Positions 1 through 8,899 of a stretch of 64,000 nt of DNA are shown piece by piece. The notes under the pieces were generated by a model, which saw only the letters and a list, made by a program, of their open reading frames with translations, did not search any database and was not told where the DNA came from. The stretch is from contig CAVVOB010000018.1 of assembly GCA_963749655.1 (NCBI GenBank), positions 64,001-128,000 of the forward strand. Reading direction: 5' to 3'. A program made the translations under genes and the position numbers. The stretch comes from Nitrospirota bacterium. GTDB taxonomy: Bacteria > Nitrospirota > UBA9217. How positions within the stretch are numbered: the first letter of the stretch is position 1; every line of letters starts with the position of its first letter.

Positions 1-2
1 GA

Positions 3-65
3 GACAATATTCGCCGGTTGATTTCTGAGGAAATCCAGAAGGAGATCAATTCCCATGGGAAATAA
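3..65 (+). CDS. 3' end of an upstream phage gene (partial; ...DNIRRLISEEIQKEINSHGK*)
   Basis: Open frame from the window edge to TAA at 63-65, overlapping the tape measure start; it also supplies the AAGGAG RBS. Family cannot be determined from 20 codons. Confidence 0.4.
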   Translation, partial: DNIRRLISEEIQKEINSHGK

Positions 66-2007
66 AATACAGATCAGCATAGAAGCTTATGAAAAATTCA
101 AGGCTATGTTTTCCGAGCTCGATAAAGAGCTGAAGGGCGTGACAGAAGGCCACAAGAAAGTCGCTTCTGACAGCAGCTCCTCGTTCGGGAAAATCAAGGA
201 AAACTGGCTGGCCATCACCGCAGCCGTGGCGGCAGCCACCGTCGCTGTCAACAAGTCCCTGGATTACATGGCCGAAGGGGCCAAGGCGCAGCAGGCCGAA
301 GCCTCGTTTCGCCAGGTCGCCACGGCAGCAGGCGAGAGCGCCGACGAGATCCTTGAGGCGATGAAACGCGCTTCCAACGGTACCGTCGACGATTCTGACA
401 TCATGCAAAAAGCGGTAAAGGGTATGCTTCAAGGACTATCGGGCGAACAGATGGTGAACATAATGGAGGCCGCGAGAGTGGCTGCACGGACGTCTGGCGA
501 GGACGTGGGCACAGCATTCGAAAAGATCACCGACGCGATCGCAAACCAGATGCCTCGGGCACTGCAGCAGATGGGGCTCATCACGAAGGAACAACTGCAA
601 ACGCTCAACGAAGAGATTGCCTCGGGCCAGACGAACGTGGACTTGTATTCGCTCGCCATGGCCAACGCCTCGGAACAACTTTCGAAATTTGGAGAATTAC
701 AGACGAATAATGCAGAAAGGATGCAAAAATGGAAAGCAATGTTCAGTGAGCTGAAAGAGACGATCGGGACGGGTCTCTTGTGGCTCGGGGATAATGTCAT
801 CGAGCCGTTCGTCGTGGTCGTAGAAAAAGCAGGGGCCAAGCTTGCACAGATTCTTACCAATATCGGCTCTATATGGAGCTGGGTAAAAAGTGGTTTCTCC
901 GGAGGTATGAGCAGTCTCTTTTCCCAACTGGACGAGAATCAAAAACTCTATGATGAACAGGCCAGTGAGATAGATTCAAAACACAGCACCACATCAACGG
1001 CGGGATCTTCGTCGCTCTCTCAATTCAACGCAACAACACCTACAACAAGCGGCAGCACCGCCGATCCGAAAAAAGAGCTTGCCGCGTGGAAGGCTGCTCG
1101 CGAGGCAGAGATCAACTATGAACTCGGACTCGTTAAATTGGCCGAAAAGGAAGGCTCCATGTCCAAGGCCGAAGCGGCCGAGAAAAGCATTGCACTCTAT
1201 GAAGAGTTACTCGAAACACAGAAAAAATACCTCGCCAACATCAATCTTCTGACCGATCCGACTGGATGGAACAAACAGCAACAGGAAATACTGAAAACAA
1301 AAGAAACCCTCTTGGAATTGAATAACGAAATGAAAGAACAAACCGGCACATTGGGAGAGGGCTTCAGCCAGGGGATTGCGGAATACTTAAAAAACGTGAA
1401 GACCGCTTTCCAGCAGGGCAAAACCCTCGCCGATGACACCGCCAAGGCGATGGAACAGTCGTTCTCAGATTTATTCTTCGACGCCATGACCGGTGACATG
1501 AAGGACCTCAGTAGCTATCTCACATCTTTCCTGAATTCCATCGCCCGATCCCTGTCAAACAGAATCGGAGAGAACATAACCGACGGTATCCTCGGATCCA
1601 TATTTGGCGGCTCCTCGACAACTAGCGGCGCATCTCTCACGAATGCAACTACAGGGGCGTACGACATGGTCCCTACGGCTCACTCTGGGGGCTTGATCCT
1701 GCACAGCGGCGGGTATGTCCCCCGGTTTCACGTCGGCGGGCTCAGCTCCGATGAGCGGCCGGCCATTCTGCAGACCGGAGAGGGCGTGCTGTCCCGAAGA
1801 GGAATGGCGGCCTTCGACGCCATGAACAACGGCCAGGCGGGCGGCGGGAACGTGAACGTTGCCGTAAATATCGACAACAAGTCAAGCCAACAGGTAAACG
1901 CGCGTCAGACCGGATCTCAATTCGACGGGAAAAAGTGGGTTGTTTCGATGGTTCTTGAAGACTTGAATAATTATGGTCCGCTTCATCATGCGTTGAAAGC
2001 AAAATAA
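55..2007 (+). CDS. Phage tail tape measure protein
   Basis: 650 aa, Ala/Ser/Gly/Lys-rich helical protein; lambda-like C-terminal block (GFSQGIAEYL...AMEQSFSDLFFDAMTG) and the typical HSGG...DERPAILQTGEGVLSR motif; AAGGAG RBS. Confidence 0.88.
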   Translation: MGNKIQISIEAYEKFKAMFSELDKELKGVTEGHKKVASDSSSSFGKIKENWLAITAAVAAATVAVNKSLDYMAEGAKAQQAEASFRQVATAAGESADEILEAMKRASNGTVDDSDIMQKAVKGMLQGLSGEQMVNIMEAARVAARTSGEDVGTAFEKITDAIANQMPRALQQMGLITKEQLQTLNEEIASGQTNVDLYSLAMANASEQLSKFGELQTNNAERMQKWKAMFSELKETIGTGLLWLGDNVIEPFVVVVEKAGAKLAQILTNIGSIWSWVKSGFSGGMSSLFSQLDENQKLYDEQASEIDSKHSTTSTAGSSSLSQFNATTPTTSGSTADPKKELAAWKAAREAEINYELGLVKLAEKEGSMSKAEAAEKSIALYEELLETQKKYLANINLLTDPTGWNKQQQEILKTKETLLELNNEMKEQTGTLGEGFSQGIAEYLKNVKTAFQQGKTLADDTAKAMEQSFSDLFFDAMTGDMKDLSSYLTSFLNSIARSLSNRIGENITDGILGSIFGGSSTTSGASLTNATTGAYDMVPTAHSGGLILHSGGYVPRFHVGGLSSDERPAILQTGEGVLSRRGMAAFDAMNNGQAGGGNVNVAVNIDNKSSQQVNARQTGSQFDGKKWVVSMVLEDLNNYGPLHHALKAK

Positions 2008-2044
2008 AAAACTAATCGAAAGGCCACATAGGAGGGATCCATCC

Positions 2045-2731
2045 ATGGCGGGCGATTTTAACAAACCAACGGGCAGTTCACTGCGGACAATGTTCATGCA
2101 GGAGATCAGGGACATAATCAAAGACGTCGCGCTTATGGTCTACGTCGGCACGTCGAACATTCCCGACGGGCTCATCCGGTATAATGCATCGACCAAGATG
2201 TTTGAAAAATATACCGCCGGCACGACATCGTGGGCCGCGCTCGATCTCTCAGCCATGAATGCCGGACAGGTGGATGGGTTCGACGCAAATGTAACGCCGG
2301 GCAACAATCTCGTGGCCGTGGCGAGCGCCAGCGGCAAGCTCGCGGCCGGATGGGGCGGGGCTGCTTCCTCGCTCGCGACGCTCAACGCGAGCGCGAAGGT
2401 TGTGCAGGATCCGGCGAGTGCTGGGTCCGGCAATGGACTTGATTCCGATAAACTCGATGGAAAACATTGGGTTCAAGTTCTAAGCGGGTCACAGATTATA
2501 TCCGCCGGAGGTACTGCTGCTTTTGGGTTGAGCTATGGTTCTGGAGATCACACTTTTTATAGGTTTTCTACATACTGTAGTGGAAACTATCCAACTGTGA
2601 TGGGATACGACCCTACCGTTTCTTATGCCTATGTCAAAAAAGGATATACGGGACAGCAAGACAATTTCTTAATTAAAAACAACACTGGCTCACAGCAGAC
2701 ATTTTATTATCAAGTCTTTATTTGGATGTAG
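2045..2731 (+). CDS. Tail fibre / receptor-binding-like protein
   Basis: GGAGGG RBS; fibre-type motifs NAGQVDGFDA and GSGNGLDSDKLDGKH; aromatic, beta-rich C-terminal module. Confidence 0.65.
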   Translation: MAGDFNKPTGSSLRTMFMQEIRDIIKDVALMVYVGTSNIPDGLIRYNASTKMFEKYTAGTTSWAALDLSAMNAGQVDGFDANVTPGNNLVAVASASGKLAAGWGGAASSLATLNASAKVVQDPASAGSGNGLDSDKLDGKHWVQVLSGSQIISAGGTAAFGLSYGSGDHTFYRFSTYCSGNYPTVMGYDPTVSYAYVKKGYTGQQDNFLIKNNTGSQQTFYYQVFIWM

Positions 2732-2778
2732 TCTGACACTACTGAAACTCAGAACGATCATGGTCTGCATCTCGGCGG

Positions 2779-2850
2779 GACGGCGATCTGCTCACCCTGG
2801 ATGAGGCCGCGGGACCGCTGGGAGTAAAAGACCATTGGGGAGTGCGCTGA
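2779..2850 (+). pseudogene. Relic of an excisionase-like (MerR/HTH_17-type) gene
   Basis: Frame reads DGDLLTLDEAAGPLGVKDHW, matching the LLTxxEAAxxLGV start of excisionase HTH domains; no in-frame start, early stop; immediately upstream of the integrase. Confidence 0.45.
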
Positions 2851-2882
2851 ATCACGGGCTCGCTATGCATACAGATTCTGCC

Positions 2883-2912
2883 TTGACTTCCATAACTGAC
2901 ATATCCTACAAT
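2883..2912 (+). promoter_or_regulatory. Sigma70-type promoter for the integrase
   Basis: TTGACT-18 bp-TACAAT, followed by a GGGGAG RBS and ATG at 2937. Confidence 0.55.
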
Positions 2913-2936
2913 CTCCCTAAACGGGGGAGCCTGTGC

Positions 2937-4110
2937 ATGTCAGGTAAAGTACGGACACGAGAAAAGTGTCCACGCTGCAGCGGGGCGTTTAAGATCATCG
3001 AGGAAGTGGACATCTTCTGCCCGCCGTGCGGGACCAAGCCGGAATCTTTCTTCATTCGCCTCTACTGGCAGGGGAAAGAACACCGCATTGCGAAGGATCG
3101 GGACAATCATACCCTTGATAGCTACCGTCGTGCTCATCGGATGCTTGAAAAAATCCGCAGCGAGATAGACGGGCGGACCTTCGACCTCTCCGATTACCTG
3201 CCGAAAGAAATAGATCAATTCCGCGGTCATACCCTTCTCGCCAAAATGGTATGACTCGAAGGTTGCCCTGAACCGGGCGCCCTCTCACCTGCGCGAAGTC
3301 AAGCGATACGTCGATAAGTTGTTCATCCCCTTCTTCGGTGCCCTGGACTGCCGGGAGATCCGGACCTTTCACATCGAGGATTTTTTCAACACGCTCACCG
3401 GGAGCGACAAGACGAAAAAGAACGTCATGGTCATGCTTAAAAACTTCTGTCACTGGCTTCAGGACCGGGACATCCTGCTTCGCTTGCCGAAGTTCCCCGA
3501 GATATCGCCGGCGCTGCCGGTCATCATCTGGACCACAAAGGAAGTGCAGCTCAAGGTCTTGGCGGCCGTTCCCGAGAAGGACCGGGCTATATTCCAGTTT
3601 GCCATCTATCACCCGATCCGGCCGGGCGAACTCCGGGCGCTCCGGGTCAAGGATTTTCTGATGGATCAGGGTATGGTGCAGATCAGCCGGGCTTTCTCTC
3701 TCAAAGAGGAGCGATCGAGGAAGAACAAGAAGCCCTATTACCTTCCCCTGTCCGCGACGTTCGACCACTCAGTGCTCAAGGGGAAGCTGCCGGAGGCTTT
3801 TGTGTTCCTGAACGCAATAGGAAGGCCCTACACGGCGTCAGGACTGCGGAAGATATGGCAGAGGGCCTGCAAGAACGCCAAGGTGCCGTATATCAATTTC
3901 TACAACGCTACGCGCCATTCTATCGCTTCGCAGGCACTCAATGCAGGGGTATCACTGGACAGGATATCCGCAGCGCTCGGGCATAGCACTCTTGAGATAA
4001 CGCGCCGGTATGCGAGCTTGAATGTGCAAAGATTCCGTGACGTGGTGGATGGACTCGGACAAGTCTCGGACAAACAAAAAATCCGTGAGATAAACTCCAC
4101 GGATTTCTGA
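2937..4110 (+). CDS. int: Tyrosine recombinase/integrase with N-terminal Zn-ribbon (one frameshift at ~3240)
   Basis: Catalytic motifs IRPGELRAL, YNATRHSIAS, LGHS, TRRYA; N-terminal CPRC...CPPC. Removing one base at ~3240 joins ORFs 2937-3254 and 3319-4110 (LLPKWYDSKVALNRAPSHLREVKRYV). Confidence 0.88.
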
Positions 4111-4119
4111 AGGTAAAAA

Positions 4120-4195
4120 TGGAGCGGGCGACGGGTTTCGAACCCGCGACCCCAAGCTTGGGAAGCTTGTACTCTACCAGCTGAGCTACGCCCGC
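4120..4195 (-). tRNA. tRNA-Gly (anticodon CCC)
   Basis: Reverse complement GCGGGCGTAGCTCAGCTGGTAGAGTACAAGCTTCCCAAGCTTGGGGTCGCGGGTTCGAAACCCGTCGCCCGCTCCA folds as a cloverleaf with encoded CCA. Confidence 0.97.
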
Positions 4196-4207
4196 TTTTC
4201 GTGGACC

Positions 4208-4236
4208 ATTATAACGACGGCCGGCGGCCTTGTCAA
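4208..4236 (-). promoter_or_regulatory. Consensus sigma70 promoter of tRNA-Gly
   Basis: TTGACA-17 bp-TATAAT on the minus strand, 12 bp upstream of the tRNA. Confidence 0.85.
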
Positions 4237-4397
4237 TCACGAAAAAAGAAAACCGCCTCTGGCTATGCACCTACCATCGCTTGCACGAAGACACGAGGCG
4301 ACGGGATATTCGATACAAGAGCCTTTTTCCGCGTCCTTCGAAGACTTGATCGGACCGCGAGAGATCATTGGCTATCCGTCCACGGATGACCGGCGGG

Positions 4398-4880
4398 TTA
4401 CAAAATGGACTTTATGTCCTGCTCAAGTTCCTCATCGCTCCCGAGGCCGATATACCGCTTCGCGATATTGCCGCTCTTGTCCAGAACGAGCAGCATGGGA
4501 ATGGAGCGCACCTGGTATTGATTTGCTACTTCCTCATCACCCTTGAGCACGATATAGGTCATACCTCTGTCGGAGACGAAGGCCTTTACCGAGTCCCATC
4601 CCCCCTGATCGAGTGAAACCGCAAGGATCACGAGCCCCTTGTCCTTGTAGGCTTTGTGGATCTTTTCGAGGCCCGTGATCGAATCACGGCACGGCGGACA
4701 CCACGTGGCCCAGAACTCCAGTACAACGACCTTTCCCTTGAAATCAGAAAGCTTCACGCTTTTGCCGTTCAGGTCCTGGAGGGTGAAATCGGGGGCCTTG
4801 GCGGAGTCCTTTGCGCTTCGCTGCGTGCAACCGGCCGCGAAGGCCAGCACGATAACGAAGGCTGCGAGATATTTTCTCAT
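4398..4880 (-). CDS. TlpA/ResA-like thioredoxin-fold disulfide reductase, probable lipoprotein
   Basis: APDFTLQDLNG...LEFWATWCPPC; signal peptide with lipobox-like FAAGC. Confidence 0.88.
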   Translation of the reverse strand: MRKYLAAFVIVLAFAAGCTQRSAKDSAKAPDFTLQDLNGKSVKLSDFKGKVVVLEFWATWCPPCRDSITGLEKIHKAYKDKGLVILAVSLDQGGWDSVKAFVSDRGMTYIVLKGDEEVANQYQVRSIPMLLVLDKSGNIAKRYIGLGSDEELEQDIKSIL

Positions 4881-4922
4881 GATTAAGTGCATCTCCTCAT
4901 CCTGTCGACGGTCAGATAAAAC

Positions 4923-4948
4923 AAAAACTGCCCGTTAAAAACGGGCAG
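4923..4948 (-). terminator. Intrinsic terminator after trxA
   Basis: CTGCCCGT-TAAAA-ACGGGCAG hairpin with an adjacent A-run (U-tract on the minus strand). Confidence 0.6.
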
Positions 4949-4983
4949 CCGAAAAAAGAAATTCATTCATGCTGCGAAAGGCT

Positions 4984-5307
4984 TTACTTTGCGAGCAAAG
5001 CGTCCACCTTCGTTTTGAGCTGCGCTTTCGGAACGGCGCCGACCACCTGGTCCACGGTCTGCCCGTTCTTGAAGAACATAAGCGTCGGGATTCCCATGAT
5101 CCGGTATTTGCCGGCAACGTCGGGATTCTCATCGGTGTTGAGCTTCATAACTTTGAGTTTCCCTTCGTATTCCTTCGAGATTTCATCCACGATCGGCGCC
5201 ACCATCCTGCACGGCCCGCACCAGACCGCCCAGAAGTCCACGAGGACCAGACCCGGCGCCTTTAAAACCTCCTGCTCCCATGTTGCACTCGTAACCGCTT
5301 CAGCCAT
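4984..5307 (-). CDS. trxA: Thioredoxin
   Basis: [16 protein letters not shown]; 107 aa. Confidence 0.96.
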   Translation of the reverse strand: MAEAVTSATWEQEVLKAPGLVLVDFWAVWCGPCRMVAPIVDEISKEYEGKLKVMKLNTDENPDVAGKYRIMGIPTLMFFKNGQTVDQVVGAVPKAQLKTKVDALLAK

Positions 5308-5322
5308 GACAGCCTCCTCAAA

Positions 5323-5523
5323 TTATTTTGCAGTTGATAGTGGTGCGGATGATTTCTGCATCTTGATCGCGCCTTCTGGACAGACGCGCGGACAGGCCCC
5401 GCAATCGATGCACTCCAGGCCTATTGCAGCTTTCCCCTGCTCGATCGTTATCGCTTCTGTGGGGCAGACGTCCGGACACGCCCCGCACCCGGTGCATCTC
5501 TCTGTTGTGATCTTGTAATGCAT
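5323..5523 (-). CDS. 2x[4Fe-4S] ferredoxin
   Basis: CTGCGACPDVCP and CIDCGACPRVCP. Confidence 0.92.
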   Translation of the reverse strand: MHYKITTERCTGCGACPDVCPTEAITIEQGKAAIGLECIDCGACPRVCPEGAIKMQKSSAPLSTAK

Positions 5524-5539
5524 ATAACAACTGTTTGGG

Positions 5540-5568
5540 ATTATAAATCATGCCCTCACCCTTGTCAA
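5540..5568 (-). promoter_or_regulatory. Consensus sigma70 promoter of ferredoxin-trxA
   Basis: TTGACA-17 bp-TATAAT on the minus strand. Confidence 0.8.
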
Positions 5569-5807
5569 TATTTTTCCCCTCCGAGACCGAACAAAGCCGG
5601 GCAAAAACCGACGAGAAGGCATCTCCGGCCCCGGCAAGCCCTCCTGTGCGGGGTTCCATCGCAAATTCAGAACGCTGTTTGGCATGCGGCGCTGTTGTCA
5701 CGATACGCCTGCACCTCATGCTTAACTCCGCATCCTCATCCGGACCGTGACATCCGGACCGGGAACCTGTTGTCTCTTTGCGTCAGTTGTGGCATAATCT
5801 CTCCACG

Positions 5808-8800
5808 ATGAACGCAAGCCTTCTTCCTTACGGAAACGCCGGATGGAGCAGGAAGCTCCGCATGGTCGAGGACATTCTCACCGCACGTCCGGCCCCTCCC
5901 TGCATCTATAATGATGTGTTAATACTCGTCCCGTCAAGCCGGATGAAGCGCGTCTACAGCAGGCTCTTTCTCGATGCCGTAGAACGGCTGTTCGGCAGGA
6001 CTGCGCTCGTCCAACCGGAAATCCACACCCTTCATCAGTTCCTTCAGCGTCTCTACGAACAAATCGGCGGCCCCCCGCTCATAGATGAAAACAGCAGGCT
6101 CATCGTGCTCGAAGGCATCGTCAAGGAACGGCTGTCCGCGTCATTTCCGTTCAAGCTCAGCCCCGACCTGCTCGCCCCGTCGCTTTCTTCGGCCCTGGCA
6201 CAGATGATCGAGCAGCTTTCCGGCGCAGGCATCGGCCCTGGCGACCTCGCCCGCAAAATAGAAGGCTCGGAATTTTCCGGCAAACCGCAGGTGGATCTGC
6301 TCGTAACCGTCTACGGGCTGTACGAACAGCGGCTCCATGAGACCGGTCTCATCGACCCCGCGGGCATGCGCGTCTCGCTCCATGAGCGCTTCGATCCCGC
6401 CTGGTTCCGGCGGTTCCGCACGATCGTCATCGACAGCATCCAGGAGATCGGCGCACTCGATGCGGAGATTCTCAGGAAGGTCACGTCCTGCACGGATTGC
6501 ATATATCTCCTGGAGGCGTCGTCGTCGGACATGGTGATGCATGCTCCCGAAGGCCATCCCCTGAAGATCGTAAAAGACACCTTGGAAAAGATCGGACTCC
6601 CTCTTCCGGACGACGCTTCCTCTGCCGATGAAGAGCAGCTGTTCCTGGCGGGAGCGCTCTTCTCTGACCGGTCCTTTGCGGACTCGGCAGCGTCGGCGCC
6701 TGCATCGTTTGCGAAACAGATCAACGCCCTCTCGGCAATCAACACCCGAGAGGAAGTGACGCTCATCGCCGCAGAGGTCAAGAAGTCGCTCGGGAGCCGG
6801 ACGCCGGCTGACTCGATCCTGGTTGCCTTTCCCTCCCTCGACGACTACGGGCCCCTCGTGGAAGAGATCTTCACCGATTATGGCATCCCCTACAACCGCG
6901 CTCTCGGCCGGCAGCTCAGTTCCTCCGCTGTCGCCACCGCCGTGGTCTCGCTCCTGCGCGCCTGCCAGGAGGACTTCTCCGGCCCGTCGCTTCTCCGGAT
7001 ATTCAGCTCGCCGTTCCTGAAATTTTCCGAAGACCGCGCGATCGCCCCGGCCCTCGACCGTCTGCTGCGGCACAAGAGGATCATCGGCGGCAGGCAGAAA
7101 GTTCTCACGGCATTGAGGTCCCGCAGGTCCGACGAAACAGGCGCTGACGTTCTCACCGGGCCGGTCAACGATCTCTTCGCCGCGCTTGAGCCTTTTGCAA
7201 TGAAGGAAACCCTGCCGCTCCGTGTCTGGATGACGCGGCTGAGCGAGCTTCTCGCCTGGTCGGGCCTCGGCAAAAAAGTCGCCGAGGTCCACGGCCCTCT
7301 CAACATCAATCTCCAGGCCTACAAGAAGATCATTGAAACACTGGGTTCTCTTGACCGGGCCGGCCTCCTTTTTCCTGGATATACCTATACCTTTCATGAA
7401 TGGCTCTTTCTGCTGAAAAAAACCTTCATGCACATACGGTTCCAGGTTCCGCCCGAGGACGAGGGAGGGGTCCAGATCCTGGGTCTGGAAGAAAGTCTGG
7501 GACACCCCTGGCAGGAGATTTATCTCGGCGGGCTCGTGGACGGAAAATTCCCCCAGAGACTGCCCCAGAACATCTTTCTTCCCGAACAGATGCTCGAGGC
7601 CATGGGTGTGCGCACCCTCGAACGGGCGCGGCTGAGTGCGGCCCATCATTTTTACCGGCTTCTGCTCTCAGCGGACAGGGTCACTCTCACGTGGCCGGAG
7701 AACGAAGGAGACCGGCCCGCGGTACCGTCGCCGTTTTTGGAGGAGCTCACGCCTCTCAGAAAAGCCGGATTCATGAATCGAGGGCTGAAGAAGACCTCGG
7801 GAATTCAATTCAGCCTGAAAATCGAGGAAAGCCGCAGCATTCCCGAATTGGCAAAGGCGATCAGTCTCGCCGGAAACACTCCGGGGCTTGCCCCCCTGTG
7901 GACGTCTGACATCCCGGGCATATCAGGGATCAGGTCCGCCCTCGGCTCCGGGCCCGGGCCCGATTCCCCTTTCATCCCGCACCAAAAACACGAGTTCTGG
8001 GTCACCGAGCTCGATGCCTATCTCAATTGCCCCTACGACTATTATGTCACCCATGTTCTTGGCCTCGAACCGCTCGACGAAGTGACGGAAGATATATCCC
8101 CCCGGGAGCGGGGGAGCAAGGTGCACGCAATCCTCCGGGACTTTTACCTCTCCTGGAACAGGCCCGTCACGCGGCATACCAGGGACGAAGCTTCTGCGCT
8201 GCTGCAAAGGCTCGCCGACTCGGCTTTTGACAAAGAGGCCGATACCTTCCGGAATCGACGTGAAAAAGATCTGTTTCTCACCATCATGGCCGAGCGTTTC
8301 CTCGATGCCGAGGAGATGTTCTCTGAGCAGGGCATGCGTCCGGTCTATCTGGAGCAGAAGATCGAGCGCTTCCCCCTTGTTCTTGCGAACGGAGCGCAGG
8401 TAGAACTATCGGCCAAGATCGACCGCATCGACGTTGACGATCAGGGCAACTTCATCATTGTCGATTACAAGACCGGCAAGTATCCCCTGCCGAAAATGAA
8501 CACTCGAACAGGAGATTTTCCAGCTCCCGGTCTATGCCGTCATGGCACTGGCGCCGGGAGCGCTCGCGGCCAAAGGTCCTGCTCTCAGAAAAGCAATCGG
8601 CCTGGCATACTATGACCTCTCCGGCAAAACAGGGGCAGGAGCCCGTGACGTCGTGCTCTACAACAACGATACACGGAATGACCATCCTTCATCGAAACCA
8701 AGGGCAAGCGCAAAGAGTGCCGAGGAATTCGAGACAATCCTGATGCAGAGCATGGACAAGGCGCGCGGGGCCGTCGAATCCATCCTGGCGGGGAATTTTA

Positions 8801-8880
8801 CTTCCCGGCCCCGTGATGAGAATGCGTGTCGCTTTTGTGCGAATGAGATGATGTGCGAAAAGGAGTTCCAGCGGGAATAG
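5808..8880 (+). CDS. addB: AddB-like PD-(D/E)xK nuclease subunit (frameshift ~8510)
   Basis: Inactive helicase-like N-terminus; LNCPYDYY, KIDRID, IVDYKTG; C-terminal CRFCANEMMC (Fe-S staple) in the second frame; adjacent to addA. Confidence 0.82.
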
Positions 8881-8899
8881 TGATGTACCCGTAGCACCC

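Larger units (their letters stand above)
1..4195. mobile_element. Right end of a prophage or phage-satellite-like element integrated at the 3' end of tRNA-Gly(CCC)
   Basis: Tape measure, tail-fibre-like and tyrosine integrase genes; the integrase stop (4110) lies 9 bp from the tRNA 3' CCA; housekeeping genes resume after the tRNA. The other att site is outside the window. Confidence 0.85.

Noticed and set aside
2461-2731. Fibre C-terminus as a diversity-generating retroelement variable region
   Set aside because: No template repeat, reverse transcriptase or C-type-lectin motif in the window; the compositional shift fits a module swap. It cannot be excluded for the part of the element outside the window.
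5737-5761. Direct repeat CATCCGGACCG x2 upstream of addB
   Set aside because: Two 11-bp copies in GC-rich DNA; could be an operator but is not distinguishable from chance.
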